Shown here: one piece after another, positions 10,263 through 20,031 of the stretch
Layout: every line of letters starts with the position of its first letter
How positions within the stretch are numbered: position 1 is the stretch's first letter
Source of the DNA: Promethearchaeota archaeon
GTDB taxonomy: Archaea > Asgardarchaeota > Lokiarchaeia > Sigyniarchaeales > SOKP01
Assembly: GCA_019894975.1 (NCBI GenBank)
Contig: JAGXNO010000031.1
Span: forward strand, 1-45,441
DNA: 45,441 bases
Direction of reading: 5' to 3'
Translations under genes and position numbers: made by a program
The notes under the pieces: generated by a model
Database searches by the model: none
Seen by the model: only the letters and a program-made list of their open reading frames with translations
What the model was told of the DNA's origin: nothing

Positions 10263-11207
10263 TTAACGAGTTAAACCAGACCACTTAACGTTTTTAACCC
10301 CAGTACTTTTAGCAATTTCAAGAAAATTTTCCATCTCCTCTTTTGTCATTAATCGTTCATCTTTTAAAGGCCATGTCATACCTAATCTTGAATATTTTAT
10401 TTCGCAGAGTTTATTAAAGCTTAATATATCCCATTGATCAGGAATATTATTTAATTCATTTACGATGAATTCTCCAATTCCTTTAACATTCTCTTCTGTG
10501 GCAGTATAGTTTGGTATTATTGGTGTCCTTATCCACATTATTTTTCCATTTTCTTTGACATAACGTGAAATCCATTTAGCATTTTCTAAAATTGTTCTAT
10601 TTGAAACGCCTGTATATTCTTCATGTTTTTTAGGATCAATAACCTTTATATCTAAAAGGACAATATCAAGGTAGGGTAATAAATCTTGATAAACTTTTTT
10701 ACTTGAATACCCACATGTATCTAAAGCAGTAGAAATGTCATTTTCCTTACATAATTTTAATAATTGTAAGAGAAAATCTGGTTGTAATGTAGGTTCACCA
10801 CCAGAAACGGTTATACCTCCTTTCGTTTTATCAAAAAATATTTTTTCTTTCTCTATTTCATGAAAAAGAACTTCCAAATCCCACCACTCCCCAAACATAG
10901 TTAATGCTGTACTGGGACAGGCTTCTACACAATCTCCGCAACTGTTACATTTCTCTCTGTTAATATGTAAACCATCTTCTTCAAAAAATAAAACATCCTC
11001 TTGGCAAGCATCTATACAACTCCTACAATCTATACATTTACGCATTATCCATTGAAGTTGAGGTTTTCTTGGAATTGATTCTGGATTATGACACCAAACG
11101 CAATTTAAGAGACAATAATTAAAAAAAATTGTTGTACGAACACCAGGACCATCATCTGTAGCCATTCTCTCAATTTTAAAGATTAAACCTTTAGATTTTG
11201 ACTCTAT
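10263..11207 (-). CDS. Glycyl-radical enzyme activating enzyme (radical SAM with ferredoxin-like insert); probable ATA start at 11207
   Basis: DGPGVRT, CLLNCVWCHNPES (CxxxCxxC), two CxxCxxCxxxC motifs, SGGEP, DTCG. The conserved KGLIFxIxR N-terminus lies upstream of the annotated ATG at 11165. Confidence 0.92.
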   Translation of the reverse strand: MESKSKGLIFKIERMATDDGPGVRTTIFFNYCLLNCVWCHNPESIPRKPQLQWIMRKCIDCRSCIDACQEDVLFFEEDGLHINREKCNSCGDCVEACPSTALTMFGEWWDLEVLFHEIEKEKIFFDKTKGGITVSGGEPTLQPDFLLQLLKLCKENDISTALDTCGYSSKKVYQDLLPYLDIVLLDIKVIDPKKHEEYTGVSNRTILENAKWISRYVKENGKIMWIRTPIIPNYTATEENVKGIGEFIVNELNNIPDQWDILSFNKLCEIKYSRLGMTWPLKDERLMTKEEMENFLEIAKSTGVKNVKWSGLTR

Positions 11208-11281
11208 AATACACCACCATCTTAACTTCTAAAATCCATTTAAAACAATATACAAAAAGTACTTGAAGAACAAAATATTTT

Positions 11282-11302
11282 TAAATTTATTGTGTAAATT
11301 TA
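11282..11302. promoter_or_regulatory. Candidate palindromic operator between activase and tetR
   Basis: TAAATTTAT-TGT-GTAAATTTA (arms extend to TTTAAATTTA/TAAATTTAAA). Confidence 0.5.
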
Positions 11303-11320
11303 AACTCATTTTTATTTTCT

Positions 11321-12064
11321 GTGTTATCAATGATTAATGAAAAAAGCATTTCGGATGGGAAAAAAAAAACAAGAAGTAGGTCACCTGAGAAGAAAGCTCA
11401 ACAATTTGATGAAATTATAGAAGTAGGGAAGCAATTGTTTCAAGAGCAAGGACAAGAGGGTTTTTCACTACGTGGATTAGCAAATAAATTAAATATGAGC
11501 CAAAATAATCTCTATAATTATGTAGAAAGTAAACGAGAACTATGGATTGCGATAAGGAAGAAGTTTTATGAACAATATCGGAATGAAAACCGTGATATCA
11601 TTAAGAATTTCGACGGTTCAACTGTTGATTTATTATTAAACATTTTTAATCACTTTTTTGAATTTGCAGAAAAAGATTATGCTGCTTTTCGAATGATGCA
11701 TATTATCCGATCTCCTGTGTCCGATAAAAAAGGGGCATTTGAAAAAGAATATAAACCATTTAGCTATCTAGATGGGACTACTCGTGTGATTCAAAAAGCA
11801 ATTGATATTGGGGAAATCAAAGAAACAAATGCGCCATTAATCTCGTTCTTTATGTTTAGTCTATTACTGGGTGCTACTATGGTGGAATACGTCATGCGGG
11901 ATATCGAAGAAGCCAATGATGAAAAGGGAAAGGAAATAGAGGAATTTATTCAATTTAGATCCCAAAATTTCACAAGCAAGGAATTTCGGAAATATGTATT
12001 AAGGAAAATCGAAAAAGGATTAACTGATCCTAATTTAGTAATAGATGAATCTGAATATAAATAA
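11321..12064 (+). CDS. TetR/AcrR family transcriptional regulator
   Basis: IIEVGKQLFQEQG.EGFSLRGLANKLNMSQNNLYNYVESKREL, a TetR HTH. Confidence 0.88.
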   Translation: MLSMINEKSISDGKKKTRSRSPEKKAQQFDEIIEVGKQLFQEQGQEGFSLRGLANKLNMSQNNLYNYVESKRELWIAIRKKFYEQYRNENRDIIKNFDGSTVDLLLNIFNHFFEFAEKDYAAFRMMHIIRSPVSDKKGAFEKEYKPFSYLDGTTRVIQKAIDIGEIKETNAPLISFFMFSLLLGATMVEYVMRDIEEANDEKGKEIEEFIQFRSQNFTSKEFRKYVLRKIEKGLTDPNLVIDESEYK

Positions 12065-12252
12065 GAGTTTAAGCTTATCGTTTTGTTTTAGCTATTTCTG
12101 AAATATGAAATCATTGATTAAGGTGTTAATAATTCATAAATTGTATACCCAGCTTCTGTATTTTTTTTTTTAATTGTTAATAAGAGTATAAGGTTTTAAA
12201 ATATCGTAGAAAAACTTTTTTGATTTCCAGAATTAAAAAGAAATAGCAGAAC

Positions 12253-15132
12253 ATGAATGAATTTATTGTTATTAAAGGAGCTAGGCAAAATAATCTCAAA
12301 AACATTGATGTTATAATTCCCCGAAATAAATTAGTTGTAATAACAGGAATTAGTGGAAGTGGGAAGTCATCTTTAGCTATGGATACACTGTATGCTGAAG
12401 GACAACGGAGATTTTTAGAATCATTGTCAAGTTATGCACGACAATTTTTGGGCGAAATGGATAAGCCAGATGTTGATTCAATTGAAGGATTATCACCTGC
12501 AATCGCAATAGAACAAAAGCCCCTGTCCAAAAATCCGAGGAGTACGGTTGGAACTGTAACAGAAATCTATGATTACTATAGATTATTATATGCTAATGTT
12601 GGTATCCCACATTGCCCTAATTGTGGAAAAGAAATAAAACCGCAGACACCACAGCAAATTATTCAAATACTTCTAAATTCTATTAAAGACCAACAAAAGT
12701 TCATAATCAAAGCACCAATTATAAGGGATCGTAAGGGAGAATATAAAGATCTCCTGCAAGATTTAAGAAAACAAGGATATGTAAGAGTAGAAGTAGATGG
12801 AATTCAGTATACATTAGATGAAGAAGTAGATATGAAAAAGAATGTGAAGCATAATATAAATGTGATTATTGACCGACTGGTGATGCGAAAAGATATTAAG
12901 ACAAGATTAGCTGATTCAATTGAAACTGCTTTAGATTTAGCAGAAGGTTTAGTAATAATTGAAGTTGTTGATGAAGGAGAACAAACCTACTCTGAACATC
13001 TAGCATGTATAGATTGTGGAATCTCATTTCCACAATTAGATCACAAAATGTTTTCATTTAATATCCCTCATGGAAGTTGTCGATACTGTAGCGGTCTAGG
13101 AACAGTTATGGAATTTGATTATGGGTTAGTATTAGGAAATGATTTAACAGTATCACTTCAAGATACATTGATTAGAGATATTCCCGGATTTGGTTCTTTA
13201 ACAGGATACTCCTGGCAGACAATAGTCCAAGTGGCAAAACATTATGGATTTAATGCTAATAAAACCCCATTGCAAGACATTGAACCTGAAAACCTGAATA
13301 AATTATTATTTGGCTCCGAAAATGAAGTAATAGAATTTCATTTTGAGAAAAACGGAAATGATTATAGGAATAATGGTGATGAATTCTCCCCAAAAATGTC
13401 CTCTTGGGATGTTGTCAGACCTTTTGAGGGAATAATTCCAATACTTCATAGAAGATATATGGAAACTCGTTCCGAGTGGGCTCGAGGAATTTATGAAAGC
13501 TTCATGAACCGAATTGCGTGCCCTCAATGTAAAGGAAAACGGTTAAAACCAGAAAGCCTATCAGTTACTATTAATGATTTAAACATTGCTCAATTAACAG
13601 ATATAGCAGTTAAAGAATCGACTAAATTTTTTAAAACGTTGCCTTTAAATGAGACGGAAAAAACAATCGCAAAAGACATATTAAAGGAAATTACAGATAG
13701 ATTATCTTTTTTAGAAAATGTTGGGTTAGATTATATCTCATTAAGTCGTCGTTCAGATACATTGTCAGTTGGAGAAGCAGAAAGAATTAGGTTAGCAACT
13801 CAATTAGGTTCTAGCCTCGTGGGAGTACTTTATGTTTTAGATGAACCGAGTGTTGGTTTACACCAGAGAGATATTAATAGACTCATAGAAATGTTGAAAA
13901 AACTAAGGGATCTAGGTAATACTGTCATTGTGGTAGAGCATGATAAGGCAATTATGGAAAATGCTGATCATATTATTGATCTAGGTCCTTTTGCAGGTGT
14001 TAAAGGGGGAGAAATAGTCGCAGAAGGTTCATTCGATGTAATTACTAATTCTAATAGTTTAACTGGAAAATTTCTATCAGGAAAGGAAAAAATTGAAATC
14101 CCAAAAAATCGCCGCAAATCAAATAATGAATTTCTTCGAATTTTTGGTGCAAGAGAAAATAATCTGAAAAATATAGATATAGAGATTCCCTTAGGGGTAT
14201 TCACATGTATAACAGGTGTTTCCGGTGCAGGTAAAACCAGCTTAATAATTGATTGCCTTTATAAAGGTTTACATAATCTCATTAATACGCGGAGCTCAAA
14301 AGTCAGACAAGGAGATTTTGATTCCATAAAAGGATATGATAAAATAGATAAAATTATTAATATCGATCAATCACCAATAGGAAGAACTCCAAGATCTGTC
14401 CCGTCAACTTATACAAAAGCTTTAGATTATATTAGAGAAATCTTTGCTCAGTTACCCGAATCGAAAGAAAGAGGTTATAAGAAGGGTAGATTTAGCTTTA
14501 ATACGAAATCAGGACATTGCAAAAAATGTAAAGGTACAGGTTATATTCTTAAAGAAATGTATTTTTTACCTGACGTTTATATTAGATGTGATTTATGTAA
14601 AGGAGAAAGGTATAATGCAGAAACAATGGAAATAACATACAAGGGAAAGTCAATTTCAGAAGTTTTGAAAATGACATTCAATCAAGGATTAGAATTTTTT
14701 GAAAGTATTCCAAACTTGAAAAGAACTCTGAAGACTGTTGTTGATGTTGGTTTAGGTTATTTGGAATTAGGACAATCTTCAACCACATTAAGCGGTGGGG
14801 AATCCCAACGATTAAAAATAGCAAGAGAGCTAAGAAAAACAAGTACGGGAAATACTCTTTATATTTTAGATGAACCCACAACAGGGTTACACATGTATGA
14901 TATTAGATTTTTGCTAAAAGTGCTTCAACGATTGGTAGATAAAGGAAATACAGTCGTTATCATTGAACATAACATGGATATTATAAAATCTGTTGATCAT
15001 ATAATTGATTTAGGTCCCGAAGGAGGAGAAAAAGGTGGATCTATTATTATCAAAGGTTCTCCCGAGAACATTGTTGACTCAAAAACATCGTTTACCGCGA
15101 AATATCTTAAAAAATATCTTGTAACTAATTAA
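12253..15132 (+). CDS. uvrA: Excinuclease ABC subunit A
   Basis: [25 protein letters not shown], zinc fingers, second Walker [27 protein letters not shown]. Confidence 0.97.
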   Translation: MNEFIVIKGARQNNLKNIDVIIPRNKLVVITGISGSGKSSLAMDTLYAEGQRRFLESLSSYARQFLGEMDKPDVDSIEGLSPAIAIEQKPLSKNPRSTVGTVTEIYDYYRLLYANVGIPHCPNCGKEIKPQTPQQIIQILLNSIKDQQKFIIKAPIIRDRKGEYKDLLQDLRKQGYVRVEVDGIQYTLDEEVDMKKNVKHNINVIIDRLVMRKDIKTRLADSIETALDLAEGLVIIEVVDEGEQTYSEHLACIDCGISFPQLDHKMFSFNIPHGSCRYCSGLGTVMEFDYGLVLGNDLTVSLQDTLIRDIPGFGSLTGYSWQTIVQVAKHYGFNANKTPLQDIEPENLNKLLFGSENEVIEFHFEKNGNDYRNNGDEFSPKMSSWDVVRPFEGIIPILHRRYMETRSEWARGIYESFMNRIACPQCKGKRLKPESLSVTINDLNIAQLTDIAVKESTKFFKTLPLNETEKTIAKDILKEITDRLSFLENVGLDYISLSRRSDTLSVGEAERIRLATQLGSSLVGVLYVLDEPSVGLHQRDINRLIEMLKKLRDLGNTVIVVEHDKAIMENADHIIDLGPFAGVKGGEIVAEGSFDVITNSNSLTGKFLSGKEKIEIPKNRRKSNNEFLRIFGARENNLKNIDIEIPLGVFTCITGVSGAGKTSLIIDCLYKGLHNLINTRSSKVRQGDFDSIKGYDKIDKIINIDQSPIGRTPRSVPSTYTKALDYIREIFAQLPESKERGYKKGRFSFNTKSGHCKKCKGTGYILKEMYFLPDVYIRCDLCKGERYNAETMEITYKGKSISEVLKMTFNQGLEFFESIPNLKRTLKTVVDVGLGYLELGQSSTTLSGGESQRLKIARELRKTSTGNTLYILDEPTTGLHMYDIRFLLKVLQRLVDKGNTVVIIEHNMDIIKSVDHIIDLGPEGGEKGGSIIIKGSPENIVDSKTSFTAKYLKKYLVTN

Positions 15133-15230
15133 GGATAATAAATCAAAAAACTTCTAATTTTCTCGTTGCTTTTTATCATCTAACAATAATAGAAGTATTA
15201 TTATCCTTTCATTAGAAGAAGTGATCCTAA

Positions 15231-17039
15231 ATGGCGATCTCAGATGATAATAAAGCAATCAGAGCACCAATTGTTTGTATTTTAGGGCATATAGATCATG
15301 GCAAAACCACAATACTAGACTATATTAGAGGAACTGTCGTTCAACAAAGAGAAGCCGCAGGAATTACTCAGCATATTGGTGCTTCTTATTTCCCAACTGA
15401 AGATATTAAAGAATTTCTAAGTAAATCAAAACAAGAATTTGCGAAAAAGGATATTAAACTTCCGGGAATATTAGTTATAGATACTCCGGGGCATGCAGCA
15501 TTTTTAAATCTAAGAAAAAGGGGAGGTGCTGTTGCAGATATCGCAATTTTAGTGATAGATGTAACTGCGGGTACAATGCCTATAACCTGGGAATCTGTGA
15601 GGATATTACGAGAAAGAAAAACCCCCTTTGTTATAGCTGCTAATAAAATTGATAGAATCTCTAGTTGGAAATCTAAAAAAGATGCAGATTTCCAGGATAC
15701 TTATAATGCCCAAAGTCCCCATGTTAAAGAATTTTTAGACGAAAAAATTCTGCAAATAATGGGTAATTTCTTAGAAGAGGGATTTAAAGGAATAGATAGA
15801 TATGATAAAATCAAGGATTTTACAAAAAAAATAGCCATTGTACCTACAAGTGGTAAGACTGGAGAGGGAATTTCAACCTTATTACTCGTGTTAATGGGTT
15901 TAGTGCAACAGTATTTAACAACAAATCTTCAGTTTTCTGAAGGTCCTGCTCGAGGAGTAGTTCTGGAAGTGAAAAAAGAGAAAGGTCAAGGAAAGACTAT
16001 GGATGTTTTAATTTATGATGGTGTAATTAACAAAGGGGATGAATTTATCGTTGGAGGTTTAGAGAAACCAATAAAATCAAAAGTTAGAGCATTATTAATT
16101 CCTAAACCATTAGATGAGATTAGAGACCCACGACAGAAATTCGATTCAGTTGATTCAGTATCTGCTGCTGCAGGAATTAAAATCTTATCACCAAATATAG
16201 ATGATGTTGTAGCAGGATCACCCTTTAGGGGTATTGGTGACCCCTCCGAAGAAGAGACTGTTTATAAAGAAATAGAAGCTGAAGTAGAAAGCATTCGTAT
16301 AAAAACAGAGAAAGCAGGAGTTGTTTTAAAAGCGGATACATTGGGATCATTAGAAGCATTAGAAAATCATTTTACTAAAAACGGTGTGAAAATCAGTATT
16401 GCTGATGTGGGACCTATAAAAAAAGAGGATGTAATTAATGCTAATATCGTAAAATCATTTGATCCATACTCCGCCGTGGTATTAGGATTTAATACACCTA
16501 TTTTACCAGAAGCAAATGAACAAGCTTTTATTGATAACATTAGAATTTTTACAAACAACGTTATTTACCGTTTATTAGAAGATTATATAGAGTATGCTGA
16601 AGTAAGAAAAGCAGAAGATACTGCTAAAGGATTAAGTGAATTAATCTTACCTGCAAAATTACAAATGTTTCCTGATTATATCTTTAGAAATTCTGATCCT
16701 GCTGTTTTTGGTGTCAAGGTTGAAGCGGGAACCTTATATCCTAAAGTACCCTTAATTACTAGTGAGGGTAAGAAAGTAAGGAGAATCCATCAAATTCAGG
16801 ATAAAGGTGAGACTTTAGAAAAAGCTGAAAAAGATTCTGAAGTTGCAGTTTCTATTCGTGGTATTGAAATCGGAAGAGAAATTGGAAAAGATGAAACTCT
16901 ATTTGTTAGTGTCCCTGAATCTCACGTAAGACAATTAATGGGGAAATTTCTTGATGAGTTAACTACAGATCAAAAAGAAGTTTTAAGAGAATATATCACC
17001 TTAATGCGTAAGACAAATCATCCTTGGTGGGGGATGTAA
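15231..17039 (+). CDS. infB: Translation initiation factor aIF5B (IF-2)
   Basis: RAPIVCILGHIDHGKT, GITQHIGA, DTPGH, NKID, ADTLGSLEA. Confidence 0.96.
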   Translation: MAISDDNKAIRAPIVCILGHIDHGKTTILDYIRGTVVQQREAAGITQHIGASYFPTEDIKEFLSKSKQEFAKKDIKLPGILVIDTPGHAAFLNLRKRGGAVADIAILVIDVTAGTMPITWESVRILRERKTPFVIAANKIDRISSWKSKKDADFQDTYNAQSPHVKEFLDEKILQIMGNFLEEGFKGIDRYDKIKDFTKKIAIVPTSGKTGEGISTLLLVLMGLVQQYLTTNLQFSEGPARGVVLEVKKEKGQGKTMDVLIYDGVINKGDEFIVGGLEKPIKSKVRALLIPKPLDEIRDPRQKFDSVDSVSAAAGIKILSPNIDDVVAGSPFRGIGDPSEEETVYKEIEAEVESIRIKTEKAGVVLKADTLGSLEALENHFTKNGVKISIADVGPIKKEDVINANIVKSFDPYSAVVLGFNTPILPEANEQAFIDNIRIFTNNVIYRLLEDYIEYAEVRKAEDTAKGLSELILPAKLQMFPDYIFRNSDPAVFGVKVEAGTLYPKVPLITSEGKKVRRIHQIQDKGETLEKAEKDSEVAVSIRGIEIGREIGKDETLFVSVPESHVRQLMGKFLDELTTDQKEVLREYITLMRKTNHPWWGM

Positions 17040-17048
17040 TCGTTCAAA

Positions 17049-18506
17049 ATGCCATTATATGACAGAATCTTTGAAGAAATCTTAAAAAGGATAACACCAA
17101 CCCAAAATGAAATAGATTTAATCAATAGTATAATTGATAAATTAAAGAAGCTAATAATTGCAAAAGCAAAAGAAATAGGTATCACCTACACAAAGATAGA
17201 ACCACAAGGCTCTACAGGAATCAAACAGACACAATTAAAAGATGATTTCGACATCGATCTTTTTATAGGATTAGATTATAACTCTTTTCAACTAAAATAT
17301 AAAGATTTGAGCAAAAATAAATTAAAAAAAGAAGCTAAAAAAGACTTTTTGGATTTATGTACAAACTGGATCATCCCTAGCCTGACACTAAAAGAGTTTC
17401 ACAACCCTAGGTTATTATATGCGGAGCATCCTTATACTACAGTTGAATACCGTGCAGATAATATAGAAATTAAGATTGATATAGTTCTTTATTTCGATAT
17501 CGATTTAGAAGTAATCAAGCAAAAGGGACCGATAACTGCTGTTGATCGTTCTCCTTGGCATGGACGTTTTATTAGAGAAAATTTAACTGTAGATCAGAAA
17601 AATGATGTCCGTCTTTTAAAACAATTTTTTAAAGCAAATCATAGTTATGGCGATAAGAGTTCAGTTGGTAAAGGGGGATTTATAGGATACAGCTCAGAAC
17701 TCCTTATTTATTATTATGGTACTATAGATAATCTTTTCAATGACTTTGATAAATTACCTTCACGACCTTTAGATTACTATAAGAGGGATATGAAAACTCT
17801 AAGGAAAATAAATCATTTTCAAAATGATAAATTAATGATAATAGATCCTATTGATAAAAACCGAAATGTCGCATCAGCTATTTCAGAAAAGGCATATGCT
17901 TATTGTAATCATAGAATTAAAGAATTTTTAAAGAATCCAAAAAAAGAGTATTTTGAAATATACGGTATCCCTAAAGCAGATTTAGGAAATTTAAATGACC
18001 CAATTCTTGAAAAAATATATTTAGTGGAATTAAAAAATTGTTTGAACGATATCCATTATACAATAAATAGAGATAAATTATATTCTTTAGGAGAAAGTAT
18101 AATAGCTAATGGAGAAAAAGAATTTACTCATGCTGAGAGATTTAGTAATATTCTCTTCGAATTATTTTTTGAGGAGGACACAGATGAATATATCCTCGTA
18201 TTTTATTGTAATAAACCTCATATATCTCAAACTTATACACGTAAGGGACCTCCAATTACAGAATCTCATCATGCTAATAATTTTAAGAAGAAAAATGAGA
18301 ACAATTTTGAAAGAAATGGTTATTTATGGGTAGAAACTAGGAGAGGATTTAGTACCTTTTTTGAGTTTCTAAAGAATTTTATTACGAGAAAACTTCCTGA
18401 TAATTTTCAGGTGCTCAATATTTCTAAATCCTTCAATGCACAAACAGCTTCAGGAAAAAAAGCGGTTACAGTTCTTACAGAAATGATCTTACCTTTTAAT
18501 CTTTAA
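17049..18506 (+). CDS. cca: Archaeal class I CCA-adding tRNA nucleotidyltransferase
   Basis: GST...DFDIDLF, YAEHPY, TAVDRSPWH, VRLLKQF, DPIDKNRNVASA. Confidence 0.92.
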   Translation: MPLYDRIFEEILKRITPTQNEIDLINSIIDKLKKLIIAKAKEIGITYTKIEPQGSTGIKQTQLKDDFDIDLFIGLDYNSFQLKYKDLSKNKLKKEAKKDFLDLCTNWIIPSLTLKEFHNPRLLYAEHPYTTVEYRADNIEIKIDIVLYFDIDLEVIKQKGPITAVDRSPWHGRFIRENLTVDQKNDVRLLKQFFKANHSYGDKSSVGKGGFIGYSSELLIYYYGTIDNLFNDFDKLPSRPLDYYKRDMKTLRKINHFQNDKLMIIDPIDKNRNVASAISEKAYAYCNHRIKEFLKNPKKEYFEIYGIPKADLGNLNDPILEKIYLVELKNCLNDIHYTINRDKLYSLGESIIANGEKEFTHAERFSNILFELFFEEDTDEYILVFYCNKPHISQTYTRKGPPITESHHANNFKKKNENNFERNGYLWVETRRGFSTFFEFLKNFITRKLPDNFQVLNISKSFNAQTASGKKAVTVLTEMILPFNL

Positions 18507-18512
18507 AATCTA

Positions 18513-19817
18513 CTACGATTCGGGAATTAGTATAATTATATTAGATCCTTTCTTAAAATCTCCTTTAATCCTATCTTCAGCCCATACTTTTCCGTTAAGA
18601 CTCTGAATTACTTCTCTAACTAGTAAAAGTCCTAATCCAAATCGTTTAAAACTTTTAGGATCATCATAAATTCTAAAAAATATGTTTTTTTTCATAGCAT
18701 CTGGCATCCCGGTACCATTATCCATGAACTCTACTCTTACATATCTAATCCCTTCTTCCTGTATAGGAGTGATCCTAATTTCAATTTTCACTTCAGGACT
18801 ATCGTTATAACGAATTGCATTGTTTATAATTATTCGAAAAGTATCATATAAAAACTCATTCGCATTCACTGTTAAGATTTTTTCTTTTAAATCAAAACTA
18901 ATATTCACTTTTTTCTCCGGAAATCTTGGTTGCACAAATTCTATTGCTTTCTCAATGTTCTCATTCAAGTTCATAGGACTGGTATTAATTTTACCTAATT
19001 CTAAATCTGAAAGTTTTCTTACATTAATTCCTAATTCTGCTCCTCGATTTACTTGCTTTTTTGCTAAACTTAACAATTCTTTGATATCCTCTTTAATTTC
19101 ATGCTTTCCACATTGTTGAGATATAATCTCCAACGAAAATTCTAAGTTTTGAAGTATATTATTAATATCATGTACAAATAGATCTTTATATAATTCTGCT
19201 CTATTATATGCTAAACGGTGCTTCTTTTCAGAATTCACTAATTTATCTTCAATAAGAGCAACTATACCAGTAAGTAATACGTTTGTTGCCATAACTGCTG
19301 AAGAAAAAAGAAAAAACTCTTCTGCTCCTTCAACACCTGCGTCTCTTAATGGTGAAGCAATTAAGTTTAATATCCCACCTATTAGAATAAAACATAAGAA
19401 CGCATGCGTAGGTGTTTTTTTCTTTAGATATATCCTCAGAATCAGAAATAATGCTATAAATAATAAAATCCCAATAATTACTTGTAAACCAATAGATAGA
19501 ATTAACTGAATGACAGATAGTAGAACTATAGAAAGATGTCCAGATTTAACAGGGTGTAAAAAAGTAGTGTAATATTCATGAGAAACTGCCACGATAATTA
19601 ATAAAAGAGTAAGAGTTGAAAAACTAAGACCTGTTATGTAATATATATCATAGTCTTCTTGAGAAATCAACCTAAAAAACTCAGATATTGAGCCCGCAAT
19701 AAACGCAAAGAGCCAAGAAAATAGATCACGCCGTTTAAAGCATACTCCCGCAAAAAGTATGGTTCCAAGAATAAACATGCATGTAGTTGAGAGCTTAAAT
19801 ACAAAATAAATAATCAT
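18513..19817 (-). CDS. Membrane-bound sensor histidine kinase
   Basis: About 6 N-terminal TM segments; H-box HDINNILQ, N-box NNAIRY, DNGTG, GLGL. Confidence 0.88.
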   Translation of the reverse strand: MIIYFVFKLSTTCMFILGTILFAGVCFKRRDLFSWLFAFIAGSISEFFRLISQEDYDIYYITGLSFSTLTLLLIIVAVSHEYYTTFLHPVKSGHLSIVLLSVIQLILSIGLQVIIGILLFIALFLILRIYLKKKTPTHAFLCFILIGGILNLIASPLRDAGVEGAEEFFLFSSAVMATNVLLTGIVALIEDKLVNSEKKHRLAYNRAELYKDLFVHDINNILQNLEFSLEIISQQCGKHEIKEDIKELLSLAKKQVNRGAELGINVRKLSDLELGKINTSPMNLNENIEKAIEFVQPRFPEKKVNISFDLKEKILTVNANEFLYDTFRIIINNAIRYNDSPEVKIEIRITPIQEEGIRYVRVEFMDNGTGMPDAMKKNIFFRIYDDPKSFKRFGLGLLLVREVIQSLNGKVWAEDRIKGDFKKGSNIIILIPES

Positions 19818-20031
19818 AATTAAGAGTCCGAATCTATCCCAATTTTGGAGGTTAAAATACTAATAGAGTTAACTGTTTTAAATTTACTCTTGTGGTAATA
19901 TACCTTCTTATCGATTAATCACTAAAAATCAGTTAGTTATAGCTTAAATCCATAAAATTTTTATGATTTCGCATACTTTCTTTTTCATTATACATAGATA
20001 AAAACACAATAGAAAACAAAGTGAAATATTC

